Below, in pieces: positions 28,032-38,264 of a stretch of 64,000 nt of DNA; position 1 is the stretch's first letter, and every line of letters starts with the position of its first letter. The notes below the pieces were generated by a model. The model had not been told where the DNA came from, did not search any database, and worked only from the letters and a program-made list of their open reading frames with translations. Made by a program: the position numbers and the translations under genes. Origin of the DNA: an uncultured Bacteroidota bacterium (GTDB lineage: Bacteria > Bacteroidota > Bacteroidia > Flavobacteriales > Flavobacteriaceae); NCBI GenBank assembly GCA_902510415.1, contig CABXBH010000001.1, forward strand, positions 9,596 through 73,595, written 5' to 3'.

Positions 28032-28032
28032 T

Positions 28033-31000
28033 TTATCTAACTCTTAGCTTAAAATTATTTACTCCATTTTCACTTTCAACTTTAATAAAGTAAATCGATG
28101 TTGATAGTGAGCTAAGATTGATTTGATATGTTCGATTATTAATAGATTCTTCAATTATTTTTTGACCAAGAACATTATAAATTTGAATATTCTTTAAAAC
28201 TTCGCTTGAACTTATATTTAATAAATCATTGAGGGGGTTATAAAAATATTCAAAATCTAAGATTTCATTCTGTCCTAATCCTAGAGTTCCCTCAACTTTA
28301 AATGAATCTGTTTGAAGAACAAACGAATCATTACCTACATAATGAATTGCAATTCTGATATTTTGACCTTCATAAGCAGATAAATCAAATTCATAGTTTG
28401 TCCAAGATGTTGGCGCTTCAATATATGATCCATCAGAAATTACAGTAAAGTCATTATAATCAGAACTATTCCCTACTGCTATTTGGAATCTTTCTAATCC
28501 ATATGTGTCATTTACAGATTTTGCTCTCATTGAAAATATAGGAGACGTAATTCCACTAAGTGAAAATTCAGGGCTAATCATCCAATCATCATTTGGGGTT
28601 GTAGTTCCGTTTGCACCTGAAGCAACAAAATATAGTCCTTGGTCACCCTCATATGTATCCCATTCTGGAGCTGGTGATCCAGTTACAGTTGCTAGCTCAT
28701 CATTATAAATAATTCCAGTTCCAACATAACTTTCATTTTCAAAATCGACAGCATTTGCACCCCATGTTGTTCCTCCGTCAAGATCATGCATTACCCAATC
28801 TCCAATATCGCTAATAATAAATGCATCATAACACTCAAAATTATCTCTCCACGCTATAGGAAGTTCATAATTATCAGGACAATTAGTAGCTTCTTGACTT
28901 ACAATGTTAATCACAACAGAATCATTAGAATCATCTTCATCATTCATCAGTGAAGTTCCAGCTATTATTTCATAATCACCGACTATTGAAAAGTCAACGG
29001 TATTATTAAATGTAAAACTGGTTTCTTGACCTGAAATAATGGTTTCACTAACCGTTTCAATAACTTGATCTCCTCCGTTAACTTGATAATAGACATCAAA
29101 ATTTGAAATTGCATCAATCCCAAAATTTCTTATTGTTATTGAAATAGGTTCAACGTTTGATAAGATTCCACTCTCAGGCGAATCTATACTTAATACTCCA
29201 GCATCTTGGTTATTTGAAGCAGGCTCACATGTTGGGGGTATTGAAAAGTCTTCTACCTGGTCAGTCCTACTATCAGCATCTCCTTGATCTGCTAAATATC
29301 CAAGACCTCTTGTAGCAAATACATTCCATATTAAACATTCATTAGCACCATCATTTGTTAATTCATCAGCCAATAGAATAGCATCTCTCATATCTACAAA
29401 TCCAGCACTACATGGAGATAATTTTAATCCGTCAATTACTACCTGCATCACTTTGTTATTACCGCCAGTTCCGTTAATTAAGTCTGCATCAAATCCATAT
29501 TCGTCAACAAATGCCCATGTTAAATCCCAAAGCATTGTTGCAAACACAAAACCAACACCATGTGGTTGACTTACAGCGGCTGTATTATTTGAATCAGCAT
29601 ATGTATATCCATTTATTGAAAAATCAGGCGAATATGGTGCATTTCTAATTCCAGTTCCATTAGGGCTTTGACCAGCTGAATATGTTGCAACACCTCTTGG
29701 TAAAGAAGGAGAATCATTTTCTCCTAATGTTATCATTAAACCAAACCAGTCAGAAAAACCTTCTCCTTGTTGTTCAGCATTTTGCATACATCCAGCAGCT
29801 TGGGCACCACCCATTAATCGGTTTGAAATCCCGTGACCATATTCATGGGCTATAATTTCATTATCTAAGTCTGAGTCTGTATAGTTTGCTGCATTGATAA
29901 GTGATGCATTAATAGTTTCACCAGCTTGTAGTTGTGCAATTAAGGCATTACCATCATCTTGACTAATCATAATCGAAGGGATGGTTACACTTGCTCCGTC
30001 TGCACCAGCACCCATTGTAATGGGGCCACCTGCCACATTATTAACCATGATAACTGCACTAGCTCCAGCATTTTCTGCAGAAAGTATTTTAGTTCCAAAT
30101 TCACATAAACCTCTTCTAATTACCACAATTTTACCAGCTAAATCTGTAGAATTAGTAATATCATCACATGCATCGTGTACATCAGGGGCTGAATCGTATA
30201 AGAGAGCCAGCTCTCCTACAAGAGGAGTGTCATCAGGTAAAGATGCTCCAAAGCCTGCAGGCTGACCAGTATATTCTCCTGCCAAGCTACCATCTAAAAT
30301 TGTTAAGGGTTCTCCAGCAGGTCCACTCCATAAAAACATTGTCATTTGTGGGTTTTGTCCATCTGGAGGTGTTCCAAAACTTGCATTATTGAATCCACTT
30401 CCATCTTGACCATCTGCATTTACACTATCACTGCCAAAACCACCATTTCCGTAATTATTTTCTTGAAAATTACCACTTGCCTCATCAAATCCATAACTGT
30501 ACCAGATATCATGCATCATATTATTTACATAAAATAAATTTGTGATTGATGTATCCATATAATCAGCAGGTTGTTCATCAAGATTTGCTTCAAAATCAAA
30601 ATTTAATTCTGCTCCTCCATCCGGAGAATAATCTGTGCCTGAGAGTGATCCGTCACCTTCATCATCTTCTTTTGCATATACATTATTCCCCCTGGTGATA
30701 GTATATTCAGGACCGTCAACACCATCAATATCATGCCATCCAAAAGGGGATGCATCTGGGTCTGCAGGTTCAGTTAACAATTCAAACGGTCCATGATTAG
30801 GGCTAGGGGTTGGTAAAGATACTACCCTATAAACTGAACCGTCGTTAATAGACTTGTTTGAACTTTGTTTTACTAAATTATGAGTATGATTACTATGATC
30901 TGATTTCTTAACTGGGTCTTTGTGATCAAATTCACAGTTAATAATCCAGTTTTCTTTCTTTAAAATATTTCCGGATTCAGCATCAACAAAAACATCATAC

Positions 31001-31503
31001 CAATTTTTATTATCAGCTGTTATAAAATTGAAATTCCAGCATAGATGAAGTTTTTCATTATTGTTTAGATAAATAAGTTTGGCTTCAATATTGTATGGAT
31101 TTGTATGTAGCAATCCATCAGGGGAGTTTCTAAAACTGTTTATGTTTAATTCGTTTAGTCCTTTTTGTATCGCAGAATAATTGTCAATTTTTGGTTGCTT
31201 TAAAGATGTTTTGCCATTATTTTTATCAATAAATCTGTTGTTAAATGATTTTACTTCTCCATTTTTGATTGACATTGTAGAAATTGCATTGTGAATTTCA
31301 GTATTATTAAACTTCTGTTGAACATAATAAACATCATAATTTGGATTTGTTTCAACAGAACTTTTAATAAAATACTGTTGATCAGTTAACGAAAGCTTTT
31401 CATTCAAAAAATTAGAAATCTTTGTTTTGTTTTTTTCTTGCGAAAAAAGGAAATTTGTAAAAGTGAACAATAAAAGTATTAATACGTTTAGTTTCTTCAT
31501 CAT
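28033..31503 (-). CDS. Secreted M36 (fungalysin-family) zinc metalloprotease with inserted PA domain, choice-of-anchor-J-like domain and T9SS C-terminal sorting domain
   Basis: Signal peptide. NASFGTPPDGQNPQMTMFLW and HEYGHGISNRL match the fungalysin blocks. A PA domain (GKIVVIRRGLCEFGTKILSAENAGASAVIMVNN) sits between them. NDDWMISPEF...ERFQIAVG resembles choice-of-anchor J. The last ~75 aa (LKNIQIYNVLGQKI...YFIKVESENGVNNFKLRVR) are a typical Por/T9SS CTD. Confidence 0.8.
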   Translation of the reverse strand: MMKKLNVLILLLFTFTNFLFSQEKNKTKISNFLNEKLSLTDQQYFIKSSVETNPNYDVYYVQQKFNNTEIHNAISTMSIKNGEVKSFNNRFIDKNNGKTSLKQPKIDNYSAIQKGLNELNINSFRNSPDGLLHTNPYNIEAKLIYLNNNEKLHLCWNFNFITADNKNWYDVFVDAESGNILKKENWIINCEFDHKDPVKKSDHSNHTHNLVKQSSNKSINDGSVYRVVSLPTPSPNHGPFELLTEPADPDASPFGWHDIDGVDGPEYTITRGNNVYAKEDDEGDGSLSGTDYSPDGGAELNFDFEANLDEQPADYMDTSITNLFYVNNMMHDIWYSYGFDEASGNFQENNYGNGGFGSDSVNADGQDGSGFNNASFGTPPDGQNPQMTMFLWSGPAGEPLTILDGSLAGEYTGQPAGFGASLPDDTPLVGELALLYDSAPDVHDACDDITNSTDLAGKIVVIRRGLCEFGTKILSAENAGASAVIMVNNVAGGPITMGAGADGASVTIPSIMISQDDGNALIAQLQAGETINASLINAANYTDSDLDNEIIAHEYGHGISNRLMGGAQAAGCMQNAEQQGEGFSDWFGLMITLGENDSPSLPRGVATYSAGQSPNGTGIRNAPYSPDFSINGYTYADSNNTAAVSQPHGVGFVFATMLWDLTWAFVDEYGFDADLINGTGGNNKVMQVVIDGLKLSPCSAGFVDMRDAILLADELTNDGANECLIWNVFATRGLGYLADQGDADSRTDQVEDFSIPPTCEPASNNQDAGVLSIDSPESGILSNVEPISITIRNFGIDAISNFDVYYQVNGGDQVIETVSETIISGQETSFTFNNTVDFSIVGDYEIIAGTSLMNDEDDSNDSVVINIVSQEATNCPDNYELPIAWRDNFECYDAFIISDIGDWVMHDLDGGTTWGANAVDFENESYVGTGIIYNDELATVTGSPAPEWDTYEGDQGLYFVASGANGTTTPNDDWMISPEFSLSGITSPIFSMRAKSVNDTYGLERFQIAVGNSSDYNDFTVISDGSYIEAPTSWTNYEFDLSAYEGQNIRIAIHYVGNDSFVLQTDSFKVEGTLGLGQNEILDFEYFYNPLNDLLNISSSEVLKNIQIYNVLGQKIIEESINNRTYQINLSSLSTSIYFIKVESENGVNNFKLRVR

Positions 31504-31511
31504 ATATGGTT

Positions 31512-33140
31512 TTATTTTTCTAAAAAAGGATATCTATAATCAGTAGGTGTTACAAAAGTCTCCTTTATCAATCTTGGCGAAACCCATCTTAATAAGTTGA
31601 GCATGCTTCCAGCTTTATCATTTGTTCCAGAACCTCTCGCTCCGCCAAAAGGTTGTTTGCCGACCACTGCACCAGTGGGTTTGTCATTAATATAAAAGTT
31701 TCCAGCTGCGTTTTTTAAGGCTTTAGTAGCTTTTTCAACTATATATCTATCCTTAGCAAGAATTGCACCAGTTAACGCATATTCACTAGTCTTGTCAACC
31801 AGTGAAAGGGTTTCATCAAATTTGGAATCATCGTAAACATATATTGTCATAACTGGACCAAAAATTTCTTCTTTCATTGTTGTATAATCGGGTGCTTTTG
31901 CGAGAATGACAGTAGGTTCAATAAAATATCCTTTGGTTTTATTATAGTTTCCTCCAATAATAACCTCTGCATCATTACTTGCCTCAGCAGTATCTATATA
32001 ATTTGCAATTTTATCAAATGACTTTTCATCAATTACTGAAGTAACAAAATTTTCAAAATTTTCAGGTGAACCCATTGAAATTGATTCTAAATCCTCAACT
32101 AGAAGTTTTTTAACTTCATCCCAGATAGATTCTGAAATATAACCTCTAGAGGCTGCGCTACATTTCTGACCTTGAAATTCAAATGCTCCTCTTGTAATAG
32201 CAGTTGCTACCTGTTTAGGGTCTGCTGATTCATGCGCAATAATAAAATCTTTACCACCTGTTTCACCAACAATTTTAGGGTAAGTGTTGTAGTTGGCAAT
32301 ATTATCACCAATTGTTTTCCAAAAACTGTTAAAAACTGATGTTGAGCCAGTGAAGTGAAGTCCACTAAATTCTTTATGTGATAAAACTTTTTTAGTTATT
32401 AGCGAAGCATTTCCATAAACTACATTGATTACACCATCAGGAATACCTGCTTCTTTTAAAACATCAATAATAACTTTTGCCGAATATATTTGTGTACTAC
32501 TAGGCTTCCATAATACTACATTTCCTAGCATTGCCATACATGTTGGAAGGTTTCCAGCAATTGCGGTAAAGTTAAAAGGAGTTACTGCGTAAACAAAACC
32601 TTCTAAGGGTCTATATTCAACTCTATTCCATGCATCATTATCACTTGCTGGTTGATTACTATAAATTTGTGTAACATACTCAACATTGAACCTTAAGAAG
32701 TCAATCAATTCGCATGCAGAGTCGATTTCTGCTTGATGTACAGTTTTTGATTGTGCTATCATTGTTGCTGCATTAATTTTAGACCTGTATGGCCCTGCAA
32801 TTAATTCAGCTGCTTTTAAAAATATTGCAGACCTATTTTCCCAGGACATATTTTCCCATTTGTTCTTGGCATTTAATGCAGTTTGTATAGCCTCATCAAT
32901 GTGATTTGGCTCTGCTATATAATATTCACCAACAACTTTTTGATGGTCGTGAGGAGGGCTTATTGAATTTTTTTTTTCTGACTTTACATCATTTCCGTTT
33001 ATAAACATTGGAATTTCAGTAAAATTATTTATCATTTTATTATAAGCTTCAGTTACCTCTTTTCTTTCAGGTGATCCTGGCTTGTAAGACTTTACAATTT
33101 CATTTTTTGCTTTGGGAACTTTAAAAAAACCTGTACTCAT
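31512..33140 (-). CDS. pruA: L-glutamate gamma-semialdehyde (1-pyrroline-5-carboxylate) dehydrogenase
   Basis: 542-aa aldehyde dehydrogenase. VGETGGKDF, FEFQGQKCSAASR (catalytic Cys) and EEIFGPV. Confidence 0.9.
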   Translation of the reverse strand: MSTGFFKVPKAKNEIVKSYKPGSPERKEVTEAYNKMINNFTEIPMFINGNDVKSEKKNSISPPHDHQKVVGEYYIAEPNHIDEAIQTALNAKNKWENMSWENRSAIFLKAAELIAGPYRSKINAATMIAQSKTVHQAEIDSACELIDFLRFNVEYVTQIYSNQPASDNDAWNRVEYRPLEGFVYAVTPFNFTAIAGNLPTCMAMLGNVVLWKPSSTQIYSAKVIIDVLKEAGIPDGVINVVYGNASLITKKVLSHKEFSGLHFTGSTSVFNSFWKTIGDNIANYNTYPKIVGETGGKDFIIAHESADPKQVATAITRGAFEFQGQKCSAASRGYISESIWDEVKKLLVEDLESISMGSPENFENFVTSVIDEKSFDKIANYIDTAEASNDAEVIIGGNYNKTKGYFIEPTVILAKAPDYTTMKEEIFGPVMTIYVYDDSKFDETLSLVDKTSEYALTGAILAKDRYIVEKATKALKNAAGNFYINDKPTGAVVGKQPFGGARGSGTNDKAGSMLNLLRWVSPRLIKETFVTPTDYRYPFLEK

Positions 33141-33187
33141 TATTTTATATATTGGTGCGTGAAATTACAACTAATTTTTAACTTATT

Positions 33188-33574
33188 TTAATTCAGTGCA
33201 AAAGGTGCACTTAATTTAAAAGTAGGAATAATTACATTAAATTTTTTAGCTGAATTTAAATTAATCATTCGGTAGTAACCATACATCGCTCCGTATGGTG
33301 AAGTCAGTAAACATCCAGATGTGTAATTATGAATATCTCCAGGTTTTAAAACTGGTTTTTTCCCAATCACTCCTTCACCTTTAACAATCTCGTCGTCATT
33401 TAAGGAGTCTAATATCACCCAATGTCTTGAATTCAGCTGAACAAGTTCAGAACTCTGATTCTCAATAGAAATTAAGTACTCAAAAGCATAATGTAGCTTA
33501 TTCTCTTTATAATAAGTTCCTTTAAAATGAGTATCTACGGAAATCTTTATACCTCTGGTTATTTTTGTTACCAT
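33188..33574 (-). CDS. apaG: ApaG (DUF525) protein
   Basis: 128 aa. YAFEYLISIENQS, SRHWVILD and GEGVIGKKPVLKPG blocks typical of ApaG. Confidence 0.85.
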   Translation of the reverse strand: MVTKITRGIKISVDTHFKGTYYKENKLHYAFEYLISIENQSSELVQLNSRHWVILDSLNDDEIVKGEGVIGKKPVLKPGDIHNYTSGCLLTSPYGAMYGYYRMINLNSAKKFNVIIPTFKLSAPFALN

Positions 33575-33601
33575 ACTGGAATTAAAATTAATAATTTTTT
33601 T

Positions 33602-34849
33602 TTAGTTCTTTATAAATTCAGACAATCCTTTTCCAACCCCAACAACCCTATCAAACCTTTGTCCAAAATCTCTATAATAAACTACTACATTATATTCATT
33701 TTCAGTTTCATCAAAATTCCCATCAATTCCTCCAGGAATTATATTATTATTCTTATCAACCAATACGTATTTGTAATTGTAGAATCCTTGTTTCAATTTT
33801 ATTTCTGCTTCAAATAAATTAAAATTAGAATTGAATCTCATTTTATACTTATCATTTATTTCATGATTATTAAAATCTCCCACTATGAATATTTTATTTT
33901 CTGAACTTAATGTTTTAAGTTTTTCTAGATAAAAATGAACATTGACATAATCTGCTTCAAATTCTGGATTTAATGAATTAGCAGCGGCAATTAAAAACCC
34001 ACCATTTATATCAGGATTATAAGTGTATTTTTTATTTAATCTAGGAATGTCTGAATATAAAAAGTTACTATATATTTCTTCTAAATCAAATGCTCTAATT
34101 TTTACATTTGTATTTCGCACAAACTTATTTTCGAAGTATAAATATTCATTTTCACCCCAAAAACTTGATTCATTATCATATCTATAAATAAGTTTTTGAC
34201 CCATAGTATATTGAGGTTTTAAATTTTGAATTGAATTTTTTAAATCATTATTTTTAAAAACACTAACCTTTATTGTTTTAATTGGATTATTGAATCTGAT
34301 ATTAACAGGGCTAACCTCAAAATTAACAACTTGTTTTGTATGAATAAAATCAAGTTCTCGGGACCTTTTAATTTCAGTGTTTACTGATGCAAGATTTTCA
34401 TAAATTATAAATTTCCTTCTAAATAATTCCTCCCCATATTCATTTAAAATTTTTATGATATAATTACCAGATTTTTTAAAACTTGTATTTGAGTTTGGAA
34501 AATTAATTTTATAATGAGTATAAATTTGATATGTATTAAAGCTGCTATAATAATCTTCAATTTTAACATCGTCAAATCCTTGTAAGTATTCTGATTTTAA
34601 GAGTTGTGATTTTTTCCAATCAAAATCACAGTGCTCTATTACATAGTAGAGGTCATATTCAATTCCTGAGAGCACATCAAATGACATTGAAAATCTTTCA
34701 TTTAATGAACTCAATAATATATTTGATGACTTATTGTCGTTTTGTTTGTGAAATGCAACTGATTTTATCAATTCGGTTGATATTGATTGAGAAAATGTAA
34801 AATTTACAATCAAAAATAACATACAAAATAATCTAAATATTTTTTTCAT
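33602..34849 (-). CDS. Bacteroidota-specific exported protein, DUF5103-like (family I recall being renamed T9SS plug protein); C-terminal glycogen-binding-like beta-sandwich
   Basis: Signal peptide. YDLYYVIEHCDFDWKKSQL and SGNYIIKI blocks. C-terminal FIVGDFNNHE...GFYNYKYVLVD resembles an AMPK-CBM/E-set module. The family name is from memory and was not searched. Confidence 0.4.
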   Translation of the reverse strand: MKKIFRLFCMLFLIVNFTFSQSISTELIKSVAFHKQNDNKSSNILLSSLNERFSMSFDVLSGIEYDLYYVIEHCDFDWKKSQLLKSEYLQGFDDVKIEDYYSSFNTYQIYTHYKINFPNSNTSFKKSGNYIIKILNEYGEELFRRKFIIYENLASVNTEIKRSRELDFIHTKQVVNFEVSPVNIRFNNPIKTIKVSVFKNNDLKNSIQNLKPQYTMGQKLIYRYDNESSFWGENEYLYFENKFVRNTNVKIRAFDLEEIYSNFLYSDIPRLNKKYTYNPDINGGFLIAAANSLNPEFEADYVNVHFYLEKLKTLSSENKIFIVGDFNNHEINDKYKMRFNSNFNLFEAEIKLKQGFYNYKYVLVDKNNNIIPGGIDGNFDETENEYNVVVYYRDFGQRFDRVVGVGKGLSEFIKN

Positions 34850-34912
34850 TTTTTGTTAAAAAATCATACTAAAAATAATTAAAAATTAATTGTAATATCT
34901 TCAATATTGACT

Positions 34913-34920
34913 TATTTTTG
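34913..34920 (+). promoter_or_regulatory. Candidate nqr operon promoter: -7 TATTTTTG, with a TTG at 34890-34892 (20-nt spacer)
   Basis: TAnnTTTG match 35 nt upstream of the nqrA ATG. An upstream TTG lies at the spacing reported for Bacteroidota -33/-7 promoters. Confidence 0.4.
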
Positions 34921-34955
34921 CAACAAATTTAATTTAGAAAACAAACGTTTAGGAT

Positions 34956-36293
34956 ATGTCACAAGACATTGTTGTTAAGAAGGGTTTAGATTTACAATTA
35001 GTTGGTAATGCATCGCCTGAAATTTACACACCTAAATCTTCAGATTATATTTCTATTTTTCCTTCCGATTTTCATGGAGTGTTTCCAAAATTAGTAGTAA
35101 AAGAAAATGATATAGTTAAGGCTGGTGAAACTTTGTTTTTTGATAAAAATTCCGAAAAGATAAAATTTGTTTCTCCAGTTTCTGGGATAATTCATGAAAT
35201 ATTAAGAGGTGATAGAAGAAAAGTTTTAGAGATAAAAATCAAAGCTGATAAAGAAATATCTTACAAAAAAATAGAAAAAGTAAATCTTGTTGATTCATCA
35301 AATACTATTGATTTTCTACTTGAAAATGGTTTATGGACCTTTGTCAAACAGAGGCCATATGATATAATTGCTGATCCAAATTCTATTCCAAAAGATATTT
35401 TTATATCAGGTTTTGATTCATCGCCACTTTCTGCGGATTATGATTTTATAACTAAAGATGAAAAAGAAAATATAAAAGCTGCAATTAAATGTCTCACAGA
35501 ATTAACTAACGGATCTGTTCATATTTCAATCAGAAAAGAAAGTAATAGTTTTTTAAGAGAATTAAAAAATGTTGTAATACATAATGTTTCTGGTCCTCAT
35601 CCAGCGGGGAATTTAAGTACTATTATAAATAAAATTTCTCCGATTAATAAAGGAGATACAGTATGGACATTAAATCTTCCTGATTTATCAATCATAGGTA
35701 ATGCTATATTGAATGGTAAGTTTGTTGCTGAAAGAACAATAGCTCTTGTTGGCTCATCAGTTTTAGATCCAAAATATATTAAGACAATAATTGGTTCAGA
35801 TATTTCATCTTTTTTAAAATTAAAACATGATAATTCTAGAATAATTTCTGGAAATGTTCTCACAGGAACAAAATTAGATTCAAAAGGTAATTTAAGATAT
35901 TATAGCAATGAAATTACTGCTATTCCGGAAGGAGATGACTATGATTTATTTGGCTGGGCAAAACCTATTTTTAATAAGTTTTCTCTATCTAGAGCTCTCA
36001 CATTTTCTTGGCTTTTTCCAAACAAAAAATATGACCTTAATACAAATACAAATGGAGAACACAGAGCATTTGTAGTTACCGGGTCTTTTGAAGAGGTTTT
36101 TCCACTCGATATTTATCCAATGCAAATTTTAAAAGCCTGCATGTATGAAGATTTAGATGAAATGGAAGCACTAGGAATGTATGAGGTTTCGCCAGATGAT
36201 TTTGCTCTAACTGAATTTATTTGTGTTTCTAAACAACCTCATCAAAACATTATTAGAAAGGGGCTAGATTTAATGAAAAAAGAAATAGGTTAA
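34956..36293 (+). CDS. nqrA: Na+-translocating NADH:quinone oxidoreductase subunit A
   Basis: 445 aa. KKGLDL..G N-terminus and first position in a six-gene nqr operon. Confidence 0.93.
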   Translation: MSQDIVVKKGLDLQLVGNASPEIYTPKSSDYISIFPSDFHGVFPKLVVKENDIVKAGETLFFDKNSEKIKFVSPVSGIIHEILRGDRRKVLEIKIKADKEISYKKIEKVNLVDSSNTIDFLLENGLWTFVKQRPYDIIADPNSIPKDIFISGFDSSPLSADYDFITKDEKENIKAAIKCLTELTNGSVHISIRKESNSFLRELKNVVIHNVSGPHPAGNLSTIINKISPINKGDTVWTLNLPDLSIIGNAILNGKFVAERTIALVGSSVLDPKYIKTIIGSDISSFLKLKHDNSRIISGNVLTGTKLDSKGNLRYYSNEITAIPEGDDYDLFGWAKPIFNKFSLSRALTFSWLFPNKKYDLNTNTNGEHRAFVVTGSFEEVFPLDIYPMQILKACMYEDLDEMEALGMYEVSPDDFALTEFICVSKQPHQNIIRKGLDLMKKEIG

Positions 36294-36295
36294 TT

Positions 36296-37507
36296 ATGTC
36301 AATCAAGTCAAAATTACACGAAATTAAAGAGAGTTTTAGAGGTAAGAAAATGGCTCCCGCTTTTAATGCATTCCATACTTTTCTGTTTACTCCAAATGAT
36401 GTTACTGTGTCTGGTACACACGTGAAAGTTGCAGATGATCTTAAAAGGACTATGAATACTGTTATTATGTCATTAGTTCCTTGTCTTATTTTTGGAATTT
36501 TTAATGCAGGCTATCAGCACAACATTGCTATTGATGCTTCAAATGGTATTTTAACTCAAGTTTCTTTATTTGGTAATTTTTTGACATTTGACAATCTTAT
36601 GATTGGTTCAATGAAAGTATTACCTCTAGTAATTGTTTCTTATGGGGTAGGACTTATAGTAGAGTTTATTTTTGCCGTTATTAAGGGTCATGAGGTTGAA
36701 GAGGGATATCTTGTTACAGGTATGTTAGTGCCATTAATTGTCCCTGTTGATTTACCATTATGGATGCTTGCTGTTTCTGTAGTTTTTGGAGTGGTTATTG
36801 GAAAAGAAGTTTTTGGCGGCACTGGTATGAATATTTTAAATCCTGCATTAACTATTAGAGCTTTTCTGTTTTTTGCTTATCCCACATGGATGAGTGGAGA
36901 TAAAGTATGGGTTTATGATGCTGTGAATAGATCTGGAACACCTGAGGCAATCTCCGGTGAAACCATTTTGGGTAGTTATGCTCAAAACCAAGAAATTGTT
37001 TATTCATTATCTGATATGTTTTTTGGCTTTATACCAGGTTCAATTGGCGAAACATCTAAAATATTAATCATTTTTGGAGCACTATTCTTGATATTCAGCA
37101 AAATAGGAAGTTGGCGAATTATTTTGAGTACACTTTTAGGCGCACTATTTATGGGACTTATATTTAATGGAGTAATCGAAGCTGGGATAATTACGGAATC
37201 AAGTAAGTTTTATGGATTAATGAGTGTTCCATATTGGGAGCATTTGTTTATTGGGAGTATTCTGTTTGGAGCAGTTTTCATGGCCACTGATCCTGTTACT
37301 GCAGCACAGACTAATAAAGGTAAATGGATATATGGGTTTTTAATTGGTTTCATTTCGATTATGATTAGGGTATTTAATCCTGCTTATCCTGAAGGTGTAT
37401 TTTTAGCAATTTTATTGATGAATGTATTTGCTCCCACAATTGATCATTTTGTTGTTCAGTCAAATGTTAAAATGAGATTAAAAAGATTAAAAATTAAACC
37501 TGCATAA
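36296..37507 (+). CDS. nqrB: Na+-NQR subunit B
   Basis: 403 aa polytopic. GGTGMNILNPAL, FMN-attachment region EAISGETILG and MATDPVT. Confidence 0.93.
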   Translation: MSIKSKLHEIKESFRGKKMAPAFNAFHTFLFTPNDVTVSGTHVKVADDLKRTMNTVIMSLVPCLIFGIFNAGYQHNIAIDASNGILTQVSLFGNFLTFDNLMIGSMKVLPLVIVSYGVGLIVEFIFAVIKGHEVEEGYLVTGMLVPLIVPVDLPLWMLAVSVVFGVVIGKEVFGGTGMNILNPALTIRAFLFFAYPTWMSGDKVWVYDAVNRSGTPEAISGETILGSYAQNQEIVYSLSDMFFGFIPGSIGETSKILIIFGALFLIFSKIGSWRIILSTLLGALFMGLIFNGVIEAGIITESSKFYGLMSVPYWEHLFIGSILFGAVFMATDPVTAAQTNKGKWIYGFLIGFISIMIRVFNPAYPEGVFLAILLMNVFAPTIDHFVVQSNVKMRLKRLKIKPA

Positions 37508-37510
37508 GTT

Positions 37511-38260
37511 ATGGCAATTAACACTGAAAAAAATTCATATACTCTTTTGTTCGCAGTTTGCCTAGTTGTTATTGTAGGGACTTTACTTGCTGCAGTTGAC
37601 TCATCTCTAAAGGAGAAAATAAGAATCAATAAGATTCTGGAAAAACAACAAAATATTTTATATGCAATTGGCATCAACGAAAACGAAGGTAACAGTGTTA
37701 GTTTTATCTCAACAGAAAAAGCAGAGCAAGAATTTAACAAATATGTAATAAATCAAATCTATATTCAAGGTCAGAATATAATTGAAGATGATAAAGCTTA
37801 TTTAATCGATGTAAAAAAAGAAAAAGCATTATCTAAAGATCCAAATTACAAAAGAAGACTTCCTTTATTTATCGCTGAAAAAGATGGTAAGAATCTTTAT
37901 GTAGCTCCAATTAGGGGCAAGGGTTTATGGGATGCTATATGGGCTTATGTATCAATGGATGAAAATATGGTAATAAGAGGTATTTATTTTGACCACAAAG
38001 GTGAGACTCCAGGCCTTGGAGCTAATATCAAACAAAGATTTTTTATGGATGATTTCATAGGTGAAGCATTACTCGATTCTGAAGGTAAATTCAAAGGTGT
38101 TAATGTTTCTAAAACAAATTTAGATCCAAAAAATGAAGATAAGTATGATCACGAAGTTGATGCAATTGCAGGTTCAACCATCACTGGTGATGGTGTAACA
38201 GCTATGATTCGAAGTGATTTAAGCTTATATCAGTCGTATTTCAATAATATAAATAATTAA
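37511..38260 (+). CDS. nqrC: Na+-NQR subunit C
   Basis: 249 aa. One N-terminal TM and FMN-attachment block VDAIAGSTITG. Confidence 0.92.
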   Translation: MAINTEKNSYTLLFAVCLVVIVGTLLAAVDSSLKEKIRINKILEKQQNILYAIGINENEGNSVSFISTEKAEQEFNKYVINQIYIQGQNIIEDDKAYLIDVKKEKALSKDPNYKRRLPLFIAEKDGKNLYVAPIRGKGLWDAIWAYVSMDENMVIRGIYFDHKGETPGLGANIKQRFFMDDFIGEALLDSEGKFKGVNVSKTNLDPKNEDKYDHEVDAIAGSTITGDGVTAMIRSDLSLYQSYFNNINN

Positions 38261-38264
38261 TATA

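Noticed and set aside
28505-30537. Four plus-strand ORFs (63-94 aa) inside the M36 protease gene
   Set aside because: They are antisense to a 1156-aa ORF with clear catalytic and sorting motifs. Their Ala/Ser/Pro-rich translations are the usual mirror of a Gly/Asp/Ala-rich gene.
33527-33817. 96-aa plus-strand ORF spanning the apaG / DUF5103 junction
   Set aside because: It overlaps two well-supported minus-strand genes, and its low-complexity Ile/Phe/Asn-rich product is typical of an AT-rich antisense frame.
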